Source of the DNA: Bilabrum cf. latius
Taxonomy: Eukaryota
DNA: 64,000 nucleotides
Reading direction: 5' to 3'
Assembly: GCA_965178125.1 (NCBI GenBank)
Contig: OZ237768.1
Location: forward strand, 124,001 to 188,000
A model generated the notes under the pieces. The model was not told where the DNA came from, searched no databases, and saw nothing but the letters and a program-made list of their open reading frames with translations. Below are positions 26,761 to 39,805 of the stretch, in pieces (position 1 is the first letter of the stretch; each line of letters begins with the position of its first letter). The translations under genes were made by a program, and so were the position numbers.

Positions 26761-27922
26761 TCACCTGCCGCCGCTGCCCTTGCCCTTGCTCACCCGGTAC
26801 GTCACCTCGTGCCTCTTGCTGCCCCTGCCCTCCGTCCTCCTCCATCCCGCGGCATCAAACACGGCCCCAATCGTGCGGCAGACACTCCCTTCATCGCCGG
26901 CAGCACCCTCAGACGACGGCACCACAGCTGCCCCGAACCTCATTTCCAGCCCCTGCGCGAGCCTCCGCTGCACCTTGGCGGCCCGCTTGTCCTCCTTGAG
27001 TGAGCCCAGGTCGGCGTGGGGGGGCAGCGGGGCCCCCTCTTTGGCCACCCTCTCGTAGATCTCTTTGGCCCCGGGTGCCAGCAACTGCGCCGCGAGCTTC
27101 TTGCATACGTGCTTGCGGAACGCCTTGACGCTGTGGGTCCACTTGAGTCGCATGCCCTTGCTCACTCGCGGCAGGGAGCTGCCGGTGGAGGGGCGCGCGT
27201 ACAGCTGCACATTCTCCGGCGAGATGGGCTCGTCTTCTTCTTTTTCTTCTTTATTTGCCCTTACCCCTGCGCCCGATTTCGAACTCGATGTCTTGCCTGC
27301 ATCTGTCTTTGCCCCTTCCGCTGGCTTGGGCTTGGGCTTTGGCTTGGGCTTGTTGGGCTTCAAGGCAACCTTTGGCTCTGGCTTCGGTTCAGTCCTGGAT
27401 TTCTTCGCTACCGGTGGAGCATCTGATTCGAGCAAATGTGCCTTATCCGCCTTTGACTTTACGTTTGCCTTCTTGGGGGCCTTGGATGCAGCCGGGGCGC
27501 TGCTCGCTCCACTGGCGGCGCCAGCGCCCGCCTGGTGCTCAGTTTCACCGGATGCGTCCCTCGGTCGCTTGCTGCCAACTTTAGTGGCTCTATCCTATGC
27601 GATTTCTTCCTTCCCAATCCCTGGGGCAGATGCAGCGGAGCTGGAGCTTGACGACAAAGCAGCTGCTGTCGCAGAACTGGACGAAGCAGATGCTCCGCTC
27701 GCCTTCGTCGAAGAAACCTGCGGGATACGATCAACTCGCGTTCCACTGACCAAAATTTCGATAATTCTATCGAAATCCTTGTCTTCACTGCGATCCAATC
27801 AAGAAGTGGATAAATATTGGGCTCATTCAAGCAAGCAAACCGCGCAACCACGGGCAAGCGACAAGTCTGCAAATTTTGAAGCTTACCGCAGCTCGCGACG
27901 TGACTTGACATCCTTTCGGCAT
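26761..27922 (-). CDS. Hypothetical Lys/Ala-rich protein
   Basis: ORFs 27595..27798 and 26761..27435 are joined by TAG 27595-27597 and end in TGA. Possible short first exon from ATG 27922 with a GTAAGC donor. Confidence 0.55.
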
Positions 27923-28589
27923 TGAGGGCAGCCTTTGCCCTTTTCTTTGACTGCTCGTTCTATGCAGGTCTTGCAAAAGCGGTGCTAGCACTGCGAGTGC
28001 GGCGCAGGAAGTTCGATGGTTCCACAGATCGGCAATCCTGGTCACAGGCCAAGTCCCAAAAGTGCACATAACAACTAGTGAGAGACATTGTAACATGAAT
28101 TGAGGTTTAACGAGGATGAACAGCGTGCAGCACACCGTGATTTTGCTGGCTGCTCACTCCTTTTGTTACTCTGCAATCTGTGATCACATCCATGCAAATA
28201 GGGCACTAAACTAGATCCTAGAGCTGTGACATCTATATGTAAGCAAGATCATCGAGAGATACCGCCATAATGTCTGCAGCTGCCGCTTATTCTAGCTTGT
28301 CAAAAGTACAAGCTCGAGATCGCCGATTATGCTCATTCATCTTCAAACTAGCTGGCCCGCGGTTGCAACCGGTTGCAGCCAGTAAGACCTTTCAGTGGCC
28401 TACCTGAAAGCGTCTAGTCAAAAATGTAGTCGTCTTCCAGGCTGTTGTAGTATTCATCATCCATATCTCGATTTCGTGTAAGAAAAGTTGGAGTTGATGC
28501 TCACACTTTGAAATTATCACCATCGCAAGGCCTGCAGAATCAATCGGTTGTCCTAAGATCAGTCGCAGCCTGGGATTTGCCTATCACAA

Positions 28590-31500
28590 ATGCTAATGAA
28601 GGAGTCTATGCGAGCCATTAAACGGCCTAGGTAGCTCGTGAGCGCTGAGCAGGCTCCAAAGAAAGGAGTGCGTCCGACCGATGCCGCGAACGGGACATCG
28701 CAGGGCTTGGCTGCAGGCTCACAGTAGGATGTTCCCACAGATTACACCGCCCCTGGAGTCGCAGTGTCCTTCTACTTCAGACAAGGGGGGTTGCCTGGTG
28801 CAGCTGTTTGCCTCAAAGATATTCTTGCCCATGCCGATTCCCCAGGTACCCCAGAATCTCCTGCTCGGCTTTAGGTCGCTACGCGGGCATTTGTGCGCCA
28901 AGCCCTTGCCAGCAACGATTTCGCGGCAGCTTGCACTGCGGTCTGTTTGATTCCAAGCAGCGAGCTGCAACTCGCAGACGTGGCCCCTTTGGTCCGGGCG
29001 GCGGGTGCGAGCGGCGCCGGCAGGCAGCTGCTCCAGCTACTGGAATGGGCGCGTGGCTCGGCCTCGTTGGCAAACATGGGTGCCGTAGCCCGCGCTGGTC
29101 TGCAGGCCCGACTGGCGGCGCTGAGCCCCGCCGCAGCGCAGCTGGCTGGATCGATGGAGACTGGAGCTAGACCTGGGGCGGTGGCGGTCGTGCAGACCCC
29201 CGTCGAGCCTGCCTCTCACTCGTCACACGGCCAAGAGCTTGCCGCCACAGTGCTGAATCTACTGCAGCCCGTCGGCAAGGACTTGGCCGTACTGGCGCAG
29301 GCTGCCTCTTCGCCGGAGCAGGCGGCGATGGCGGCAGGGCGGGTGGGAGCGCGGCTGCTCGAGGTGGGCGCGGCGGGGCGGCGCGGCGGCTCGAAGGATC
29401 AGGAGAAGGATCATGGGTTTCAAGGGCAGCTGGGGGCAGGGGACAGGGGTCAGGTGCGGAGGGGGCTCCGTGGGATCCTGTCGGGCATGGCGCGGGCTGC
29501 TGGGATTAACAGAGCCACCAGGAATGGCAAGGGCGGGAGCGAGGCTGTGGGTGCAGCGGATAGAGAGGGTGTGAGGGGGGCGCATTTAGGCCGCGATGCA
29601 GGCGCAGGGGGTGTCGTGTCTCTGGTTGGGATCGAGCGGGAGAGGAAGGGCCTGCCGGGTCTGGACCTGGTGGCGAGGATGGGTGCATTGCACGCTGGTG
29701 GAAGCACGCCGGCCTAGACGGAGGCCATGAGGCCAGCCAGAGGGGCGTGGCCGCCGCACGGGTACATCATGGCCAGGGGCACCTCGGCTGGACTGTGGCG
29801 CTCGAGTGAGACCCAGCTGGAAGCGAGGGGTCTCAAGATAGGCCCTGTGTTCCCTCCGGTGAGGGTGCGCAGGAGCGGGGCAGCAGCCATGCGGGAGCAG
29901 GTGGGAGACGGGCAGCTGCTGCGGGAGGGCGAGCGAGGGAACACGCCAGGGAACACGAGGTCCTGGGCTCACAGGGTCGTGGGCGGGCAGCTGCCAGCGG
30001 AGGCTGCGCTGGGCCGATTTGAACGAGTGGCGGCGACCTACGGGACTCGCGACTCGGGCTATGGTAGCACAGCGGAAGGGTCCGCATCGTAGGGGCTGCA
30101 AGCCGAATTGGAGCACGGATTGCGCGGAAGCGGGCAGGCACAGGGGCAGGGGTCGCGAGAGGGAGAGGGAGAACAAGCCGCTTTGGACCTTGGCAGCGCG
30201 CTGCAGGCCGTGGAGCGGGAGGCTCAGGGAACACGAAACGCTTCCAAGCGTACCGATGGCGCTGGCACCGAGGCCACCGTGGTGCACCGCATTGCGGCGC
30301 GCAGGCAGCGCCACATCGCCTCCAACCGGCTGCTGGAGGGCCTGGGCAAAGGGTCCGATGCCTTCAGCGCCGCGCTGGACGCAGTCCTTGGGCGGGTGTC
30401 TGCGAAATCAAGGGCGAGCGCGGGTCTTCTACGGGCAGGGAACAAGGCAGCCGCCTCTGCGGTGGCCGGCATGATGGGCGAGGAGGCCCTGGCGGGTGCG
30501 AGGGGGCTGCGGCTGGGGAGCGTCGAGGCGATGGCGGGGCAGCTTGCGCTGAGAGAGAGGCTGCTGAGGTCGAGGCTAGGGCAAGGGCAAGGGCAAGGGG
30601 CGGAGGCTGGGGGTGCTAGCCAGGGGGTGGGGAGTTAGGGCACCGGCACCGGCTCCGACCCTTCAGACCTGTTGGGGTCGCTGCCCAGCGGCATGCGCAG
30701 TGTCGCGGCCGCGTGGGGCCAGCACGGCCCGGTTGGCTCTGCTCCTTCATCCTCGCCCTCCTCTTCCTCTTCCTCTTCCTCTTCCTCTTCCTCTTCCTCT
30801 TCCTCTTCCTCTTCCTCTTCCTCTTCCTCTTCCTCTTCCTCTTCCTCTTCCTCTTCCTCTTCCTCTTCCTCTTCCTCTTCCTCTTCCTCTTCAAATCCGG
30901 AGTGGAGGCGCGCCCGGCTGCAGCCCGCGCCGCAGTCCAGTGCATCTGAAGCTAGCGAGGGCTTCCGTCTCGCTGCCCGCCGAAGAACAGCCCTCGCCGA
31001 GTCTGCGCGCTTGTGCACTGCACTGCGGATCGGCGAGGAGAGCGGCCGCATCGGGACGCTGGCGGTGTAGCTGCTGGAGAGCGGGGAGCAGCTGCCTGGG
31101 GAACACGGGGATGGGCGGGAGCTGCTGGAGCAGCCCCTCCCGCGGCACCTCGCTGCCACGGCCCGTGGTGTCGTCCCCGAGCTGACAGACAGGGACGTGC
31201 GGGCGCTGGCTCGCCGTGTTGCAGCTGCTGTGCTGCGGCAGGAGAGGGAGGGCACGGTGGGTGCTGACGAGTGGCTGCAATCCCAGGATGCGGGCGAGGA
31301 GCTAGGCGCCGGGGCCGCAGGGGGCCAGCGGGAGCGAGATGGTGCGGGCCGCGCGGGAGCACCCGGTGATGACGGCAGCGGGGGTGCAGGCGGGAGATAC
31401 AGATTCAAGGGCTTGCGCGAGGCGGCAGATGCAGTGGGCTCGAGCACGTCAGAGCTGAGGAGGGCGGCGCAGCAGGGGGCGCGGCCCGCCGGTGCTGTGC

Positions 31501-34500
31501 AGCTGCACGCGGTGCTGGACGGCCTGGCAGTGGACCGTGAGGTGGAGGCGGTGGCGATGCAGGTGCACCCCGATGTGCTGGCCGCGCGCACAGTAGCACG
31601 GTCGGTGGACTGGGGCTTCGCAAAGGCTCTGCAGAGCGCGGGCGTGCCACCCGAGGGCAAGGGGGCGGGCATCGAGGGACAGTTGACGGTGCAGGAGGAG
31701 GGCAGTGGGCACGGGGATCAGCTGGTGCTGCCCCCCGATTCCATCCGTTTGCCCCGCAGTCGCACCGGTAGGGCCCTCCTGACGGGCCTGCCTGCCTCCC
31801 ACGGTGACCTGCTTGCCGCCTGTGCCAGCGTGTGGCGATGTGCCCTGGATCTGGGGCTGGACCTGGGGCCCGAGGCGTGGGAGGACACTGCCCTCGCTCT
31901 CAGCCGCGGGGGCGCCCCTGTCGAAGACATCGACTGGGTGCGGAGGGCGGCGCCAGACGGGGCCTGGCGATCGGGGCGGCTGGCGCGAGCCCTGGCCCGG
32001 GCCCAGCTGGAGCACGAGGCGGGGCCCAATCACCACGCGGCCATGCAAGCCCTCGAGATTGCGGCCAGGAGGACGGCCCGTAGGACACAATAGAGGGATG
32101 CGGGGCGGAACGATGGGGAAAAGGCTGTTCAAGAGAGCGAGGTCAGCGATGGTCAGAAGAGGGACGTTTCGGTGCAGCGGGCTGCCGTGGACAGCAGCAG
32201 AGATGCACTGATGGCGGTGCTGCAGACGCACCTGGTGGTGGGTCCCGATGCGAGAGCCACGATGGGGCGTGGAGGTCCAGCAGGTGCTGCCGCAGTGGGC
32301 ATTCGGACGCTCGAGTATGCACTGGAGGCCGGTGTTCCGTTGCCGACGCGGGTGCTAGCAGCTGCGATCCTGCAGCTGCCGCAGGTGTCCGCTCCTGGTC
32401 ACCAGCAGGAAAATACGTCCGTCACTGGCCTTCTCCAAGCGCTCGGGATGCCACAAGCAGGCGAAGAGCCCTTCAGCAGCGACGGTGGTGGTGGCCGCGT
32501 GGCTGCAGCCGACGCACGGCTGTCTGTGGACGACCTCTGGGGTGCCCTGCGGCCGACGCTTCTCCGCGTGCTGGCGGGCAACCGCGGCGATCAGGTTGCA
32601 ACCGGTGACATTGTTCCCTCCGATTTGCCCTCGGCCGCCCCCGGCTCGGAGTCTGTTCCCTCGGGCAGGGAGCTGGGGCGCGCGGCCCGTTTGGCACGGG
32701 CGTGCTTCGCGTCTCTGGTGGTGGAGGGGAGGCACTCGGAGGTGGAGGAGTTCGTCCAGGAGCTGGTGGGGGCTGCAGCTGGGCGCCAGGGGGAGGGTGC
32801 AGTCGATGCTGGGGAACCCTTAGAGAAGCACCGCCGCAGGGCACATCGGCGGGTCGCGTCTGCCGCTGTGAGAAGCCTGGCGGAGGGGGGGCACCTGGCC
32901 GAGGCGCTGGCACTGGCAGGGCGGTAGGCAGGAGGAGACAGCGGGTATGCCCCGGGTGGTAGAGACGTGGCCGCGATGATACAGGCGGCCGCAGGGCCCG
33001 ACGCGCTCAAGACGGGTCTGGCCATCGCGCGCCATGCCTCGTTAGCTCTGGGCGCCCGGCTGGGAGACGGGCGCGAGGTGGTGCAAGCCCTGGTGGATGC
33101 CGCGCAGGAGTCTGCGTCCTACGGGACACCCTCAACGGCTGATTCCCGCGGTTCGTCCTCCTCGTTCTCCTCGCTGGGGGCTCTTGGGATCACGGCCGAG
33201 GCACTGCGAGAGGCCATGACGAGCTCGAGTGCAGCAATTGCGTGTGAGGGAGGCGATGCAGAGGAAGATGAGGAGCGCGATGGTCTGCTGCAAGAGGAGG
33301 AGGAAGAGGAGGACTCCGCCGAGACACCAGAGAGGGCGCTGGCTCGGCTGGGTGCCTCGATCGCAGCCGACGCCCTGGCAAGCACCAGCACTGACTCCGG
33401 CACCAGAGCTGGGAGGATTGAGGCCCCTGGCGCTGAAGCCTCGGGCGCCGAGGGGGGGCTGCAGCTGTCCTCCATGGCTCGATTGCTGGGCGCGGATCCG
33501 TCGGCGTGTTGCCTGGAGCTGGACACGGCACTCGACCGCGTCCTATCCGGCGGAGAAGACCACTAGCAGGCACCATGCAGGAGCGCTGCTCCCCTGTCGG
33601 ACGTCGACGGCGCCCTGGCCATCGCGCTGGAGGTGCTGCAGGAGGCCGTGGCGCTGTGGCCGGTGAGCAGGGCGAGGCACGGGGCGGCCTGGGGCGTGCA
33701 CGCGCGGAGGGTGGAGAGGCGGAGGGTCTACGACGGCCGGGTGTCGGGGCGGGTGGTGCGCGCGCGCCTGCGACGTGCAGAGTACCACAGGCACGAGCGG
33801 AAGGAGCGAGCAGCGGCTCTAGACCCGCACTCGAGCCTGGCACACGCAGATGGCAGCTTTGGGCCGGTGTGGGCCTTTGGGCCGGTCGAGATGCAGAAGA
33901 GGCTGGATGCTCCCACTGGGATCGACCTGCAGCGCACTGCGGTGGGCGCCCGTGCCATGCCCGTGGGGGAGCAGAGGGCCAGGCGGGCTGAGGCGCGGGC
34001 GAGTGCCGGGGTGTGCCTCGCAGGGGGCGATAGAGAGATGAGCGTGCCCTTTAACAGCAACATGCTTCCTGCCAGCGGGCCGGTGGATGGAGCAGGAGCA
34101 GCAGCAGCAGCAGCAGCGCTTGATGCAGAGTCGGCTGGGAGGGCCCGTCGCCTGGAGCAGCAGTCGGCAGAGGCGGGGCTGCAGGGTGTTGTAGACGAGC
34201 ACGAGGAGGACGGCAGCAGTGGAACTGACGTGGTGGGGGTGAGGGCAGGTGGGTTGGGCGGCTCTAGCCAGATCCCTGAAGGTGGGGAAAGTGAAGGTGG
34301 GGAAGTTGACAGCAAGGCTGCCAATGCAGCTGCACAGGCGACCGCCCTGCGTCAGAGGCTGCTGCAGGACGCGCGAGCAGCGCGGGACCGCAACGAGGCC
34401 GCCGAGGTGGCCGCGGCAGAGGCCCGTCGGGCGCGTCAGGAAGCGCTCCGGGAGAGGCGGCTCCAGGCGCAGGGCAGGGCGTCGGGGGGGAATGGGAGCA

Positions 34501-35393
34501 GTGCTGCAGGGGGGGCTCAGGGCGGGTCTGCCGGCCAGGAGGGGCCTATCCAGGGAGCAGTCAGGCTGATGCTGCGGGCCGCTTCGCAGGTCCTGGGCCA
34601 AAGGACCGGGACAGACGGTGGTCAAAGTGGAGCGAGTGGGCAGGGCAGCGCCTCGTAGGCCAGCAAGGTGCAGGCTGTTGCAGATGGCAAGAGCAGCGAG
34701 AAAGGTGGCGGGGATGCCTCGGAGAGCGTCGGGCACGATGTGACCGATGACGGGGGAGATGCCAACGAGAGTGGGGTGGGTGGTGATGCGGCGGTGCGGG
34801 CAAGGGCGGTGGAGCTGCAGCAGGGCCAGGCGCTGGAGGATGAGTTTGAGGGGGCTCTGAGGCGCGCAGCGATGGGCTGGGCTGCGCATGATGCCGAAGG
34901 TCCGAAGGAGGGCAGCGTAACGCCGGGACTTGCAGGAGATACCGACGTCGACTGGGACCGACTCATGGCTCTGGCAGCCACTGCCGATGTATCGGCGAGG
35001 AGGGCCCGTTTGGTGGGGGGCTAGAACCATGGGGCTGCGAGGGATCACCAGGCCTGGCTGCAGCGGCTGCAGGGGGCGGGGGCGGGCGCCGTGGCGGGTG
35101 GGAACGCCGGCGTTGGAGTGGTGCGTCGCGAGTACCGGGGCAAGGGCCAGCGCGGGCGTGAGCTGGGGCAGGCCCGTCGGGAGAGGGAGAGGAGGGAGGC
35201 AGCGGAGGTGTTAGAGGGGACGCTGGTGGGATAGGCGGCCACGCGGGCCATGCGTGCTGCTGCGAATCGCCGGTAGGAGGCCACTACCGCTCGCAAGCGG
35301 AGGGCCCGGTGGGCGCCGGCCGGTCAGCGGCATTCGGGCTCGCCTTTCGTGGGCGATGGCAACGGTGCGTCTCCAGGGCTTGGGAGATAGTGA
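28590..35393 (+). CDS. Very large Ala/Gly/Arg/Leu-rich hypothetical protein, about 2260 aa
   Basis: Nine consecutive track ORFs from 28893 to 35024 lie in one frame separated only by TAG (about 15 in total). The frame opens at ATG 28590 and closes TAG-TGA at 35388-35393. No domain recognised. Confidence 0.7.
30759..30890. repeat. (TCCTCT)n microsatellite, about 22 units, encoding poly-Ser
   Basis: Perfect hexamer array, in frame within the 28590..35393 CDS. Confidence 0.95.
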
Positions 35394-35831
35394 ATGTAAG
35401 CATCCGGATGAACACACGTCTTTCAAATTCTTAGTTTGGAACTCGGATGAACTACTAAGCATCATGATCCGATTTGGATGGTGTTTGAGTCCAAGCTTTG
35501 GACCGAAGACTCATAACTTGCAATTGATGTTTTGCCACCTGTCGAGCCTCGACTCGGAGTAAATCCATGATTGGATCTGGATCCGAATCTGATCCATTAG
35601 GGATCTAGGTCTTTTGCATGCTTTAAGATGGATCTATGCTGCTGTTCAGATATTCAAGGATACGCTCAAGTTACAGCCACGAAGAACACAATTCACGTTT
35701 TCGAATCAAGGGTTCAGCGCCGAGCCCCTCTCCTGATATCGGCTCGTTGCCCTGCCGTGGGGCAAATTGAGAAGGTTAGTGGACATACTTGTTGCCGCTA
35801 GAATGTTCAAATTACGAGTTTAATGCAAGAT

Positions 35832-37208
35832 CCTGGGTAGACTGCATGGAGCTTCACCCGACCCTACTACCGGCCGTCGAGATACCACGGCGCCAGGCGT
35901 CCCTGCGCATTTGGCCAACAACCATACAGCCAACGCATGCATACTAATATCATCCATACCAGTTCGAGGAGTTAACAACCTCATCTATGCTGCCGTGCGC
36001 CGCCCTTGAGCCTCCTGTTAAGGTCCGGCCCAGGTCCCTGCCCCTCGAGGTGAAGGAGGGGGCCGGTAGGTGCACACCAACTAGAAAAATCGTAAAATCG
36101 TGCCACAGCTCCACTGTGTCAGTCCTTTTCCCCTACCTCAATATGCCGAACCAGAATACTGTGGCTTGCCTCGCCATGGGTATCCCTCACCAAGGCCCCG
36201 TGGCCCCGACCTGCCGTTTTGCCACCTGTGGGACGTCCTCTCCCAGTGACCCGTCCAGTCAAGCGCACGCTGGCCTGGCCCCAACACGCGCATGGGGACT
36301 AGCAGCAGCATGCTTTGGAGGCCATGCGAGCGCAGCAAGTCGCCGGATGGATCCAGACTGGTGAACCGCACCGACAAACCACGGAGCAGCACAAGCAGAC
36401 TGTCGCACACGCTGGATTCGCCGGAAGCATGGATGAACCGCCAGTACGCTATGAATGATGATCACCCCTGCGTGAGTCGCTTCAGTGCACTGTGACTGGA
36501 CCAGCCCCCGATGAGCCGCTGGAGTTTGCTGTGAATTGAACCTGGGCAGACTAGCTGCGTGGAGCTCCATCCGACCCAACGATCAGCCGTCCTCTTTGGC
36601 GCCCTATCCCTTGCTCTGCCCAACGACGATGTAGCCAACGCATGCATACTAATATCATCCATACCAGTTGGAGGGCTTCACAGCCTCGTCTATGCGGCTG
36701 GGTTCGGCTTCCGCGCTTGCGCGGGTGTTGGCCCAGGTCAGAACCCGGCTGCGGTTGTCGAGGGGGTCCGAAAAGCGCACACGATTGCGGCCGACCAAAA
36801 AAACAACAAAAAAAAAACAAGAAAAAGTGCCACGGCTCCACTGTGTCAGTCCTTTTCCTCTACCTCAATATGCCGAACCATAATACTGTGGCTTGCCTCG
36901 CCATGGGTATCCCTCACCAAAGCCCCGTGGCCCCGACCTGCCGTTTTGCCACCTGTGGGATGTCCTCTCCCGGTGACCCGTCCAGTCAAGCGCACGCTGG
37001 CCTGGCCCCAACACGCGCATGGGGACTAGCAGCAGCATGCTTTGGAGGCCATGCGAGCGCAGCAAGTCGCCGGATGGATCCAGACTGGTGAACCGCACCG
37101 ACAAACCACGGAGCAGCACAAGCAGACTGTCGCACACACAGGATTCACCGGAAGCATGGATGAACCGCCAGTGCGCTATGATTGAGGATCACCCCTGCAT
37201 GAGTCGCT
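35832..37208. repeat. Tandem segmental duplication of about 0.7 kb (two copies)
   Basis: 36106..36481 is nearly identical to 36833..37208 (offset 727). More diverged upstream blocks also match (cctggg.agact...ggagct.ca.ccgaccc; gccaacgcatgcatactaatatcatccataccagtt at about 35929 and 36634). Confidence 0.9.
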
Positions 37209-39661
37209 CCAGCTCCTTGTTGGCCGCGGCCACCTCGGCCTCCCTCTGCTGGACTGCCTTGGCCGAGCGCTTCCGAACGAGCGCGTTCTTGGCCTGCGAT
37301 AGCCGCGCGCGGGCGGCCCGCAGCGCCTCCTCCGCCAACCTCACCTTGCGCTAGGCAACGGCAAGGGCAGCGGGATCCACGGTCGCTGCTGCTGCTCCTA
37401 ACGATGACGATGACGATGATGACGATGATGATGGTTGTGCAGCTGCAGGTGTGCTCGGCTCCACAGAGACAGGAGCTGCTGCTGCCCCCGATCCTAAAGC
37501 CGGAGCAGAACCGGCTGCCGAGACAAGCGCACTCGTGGCCTGCGCTACCGAGGGAGTACCCACATTGCTCACAACAGAGGACGCCCCTGCAGAGACCCGT
37601 GGACCTCCCGAGACTGCACCGTGGCTGTTCGGACTGGCAGCCGGCAGACCGATGGAGCCAGTTGGACTGCTCTGAGGCAGATCTACACCTCGCTGACCTT
37701 GCCCTTGCCCTTGCCCTTGTCCTTTCCCTTGCTCAATAGACTCGCCGGTCAGATTTGTGACAGGCTCCAGGCCAGTGATCCGATCCAATCCACCGGTGGA
37801 TGATCCGTCCTCCACAGATGCGGGCCCAGCAGTCTGATGCAAGCTCCCGTGGCCCTCGGTCCCCATCGAATGATGCGCTGCGCCTGCCCTAATTGAGGAA
37901 GAGACACCGGACTGGTCCTAGCCAGCAGAAGAGGGTGCAACGGGAATGGGCACTTCTTGCTGGTGCGAGCCAGATGCTGCCCCGCCACCACCGGGCTAGT
38001 ACTGTTGGAATGTCACGCTGCCAAGCCGAGTGGCCAACATGCCAGGACCTCCAGCACCAGCACCAGCACCAGCACCAGCACCAGCACCAGCACCAGCACC
38101 AGCACCAGCACCAGCACCAGCACCAGCACCAATGCCACTGCTACCACCGCCGGCCTGAATCCCAAACGCACCAGAAGTGGGAGTGCCCCCGCTGCCACCA
38201 TCTGAGGGCTTGCTGGACTCGAAGCTAGACTGCCGCAGTGCAGTGCTCACGGGCCGCAGCTGCGCGCTGCCCCTGCCCCCCAGCACCCCGCTGCTCGACC
38301 TAAAGGCCACGCTTCTCATGGCATCGATGCTGGGTGAGGCCCGGGGTACGTCCAGCAGGGGAGGGGAGGGCTCAGGGTAGCCCAGTCGGGAGGAGGACGA
38401 GGAGGCGGAGGCGCCGGCCTGCTGAAGGGAAGCACTGCCTGCACCTGCATGCCCAGCACCCGCACCTGTGTACGATACACCAGGGCCAGACCCCAAAGCT
38501 GGGCTCTTTTTGCTCCTGTTCCGCAACAGCGCCAGAGGCACGGCTCCAGAGGCCGAGAGCTGCGGCAACTTCGCAGTGCCTGTACCAGGGGCCCCGCCCC
38601 CTGCGGTGCCTAGGCCAGATACACCCTCCGCTCGGAGCACCCCGGCCCCTGCTTTCCCATCCGTGAGCTGACTCAGCCGCTGCAGCCGCTGGTCGCTCAG
38701 CCTCGTGGCCCTGTACGGCTGTCCCTCCAGGAAATCGATCTGAAAGCCCGAGGGCAGGGCCTGCATGTAGGCCTCGGGCTCGATCAGGTCGTCCTGGATA
38801 GAGACGATGCCGCTCTCGCGGGACATGGTGCCGAGGAGGCGCTCGGCCGCGCGGATCTCCGCCCTGCTGCGACCCCCCATGATGGCCCGTCGGGCCCTGT
38901 TGAACCTGCGCTGCACGATGTGACGAGTGGGCGGTGCCAGCCCGCTGTCGAGCACCTGGTCGCGGGGCCCCGAGGACACCACGCGCACGTCCGGGAGGTC
39001 CTCTGCCCGCCGAGGCAGGCTCGGTGGCTGCATCTCCATGCCGTAGCCGTCCTCCTCCATGGGCGCCTGCCCGCCTGGGCCGCCTGCGAGCAGCTGAGTG
39101 GGCCTCGTGGAAGCAGAGCTGGAGGCGTGCTCGCCCGGAGCAGCACTCCGCTTGGATTCCGATGCAGCTACACTGACGGATTCGTCTATGGATTGGTCGA
39201 ATGTGTTCCCGTCGTCGTCCTCCTCTCCGTCTTCATCAACCATGCCGTCTTGAGACTCAGCCTCATCCTCATGCGCAGCCTCCGATGCATTTGGTAGCAC
39301 AACAAGCATTCCCGACACATTTCCGGATTTTATGAGAGACGTTCCATCCATAGTGCGATGCGTTTCGATCACCGTAGGTAGTGGGATCTTCTCTGCGCGG
39401 TACTTCTCCTTGCCGATACGGAGCGTGTACTTGCGCCGGAGGGATCCGGGCTTGCCTGCGCAGAAAACCTCACATAACAGAGAATATACAACTAAATTTA
39501 TGGAGCAACATATGTTTCGTCGTCCGCAAGTGCCAGCATATGTACGCACCTTTCGGAATTAGCTGCATTTGAAGCGCGTGCTCATCTTGTTGCGCTTCGA
39601 TAGCCTACCTCAGCTATGAGGCCAACAATGGAGGCGCTCTTAGAACCAACTATTCTTCCAT
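37189..39661 (-). CDS. TAF7: TFIID subunit 7 (TAFII55 N-terminal domain), 2 exons
   Basis: N-terminus MEE*LVLRAPP matches the MEEQFILR-type start; LPTVIETHRTMDGTSLIKSGNVSGMLVV; SGLAPPTRHIVQRRF; C-terminal coiled coil. Intron 39549..39456. Ends at TGA 37189-37191. Confidence 0.85.
38051..38130. repeat. (CCAGCA)n microsatellite encoding a Gly-Ala repeat in TAF7
   Basis: About 13 tandem hexamers visible directly. Confidence 0.9.
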
Positions 39662-39805
39662 GCTGTCGATATTTAGCGCGCTGTAGAGGAAAGACAAACT
39701 TGCATTGAAATCGATAACGTGCTGTTATTGAGTAAAATCAGTCTACCTGCCGTTGACCAAATCGTACTACTGACTTTCCACTACCAGAAAGTCCCACTTT
39801 TCAGC

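Noticed and set aside
35560-35640. Cluster of GATC/GGATC words in an intergenic region
   Set aside because: Short and irregular; no structure or function could be supported.
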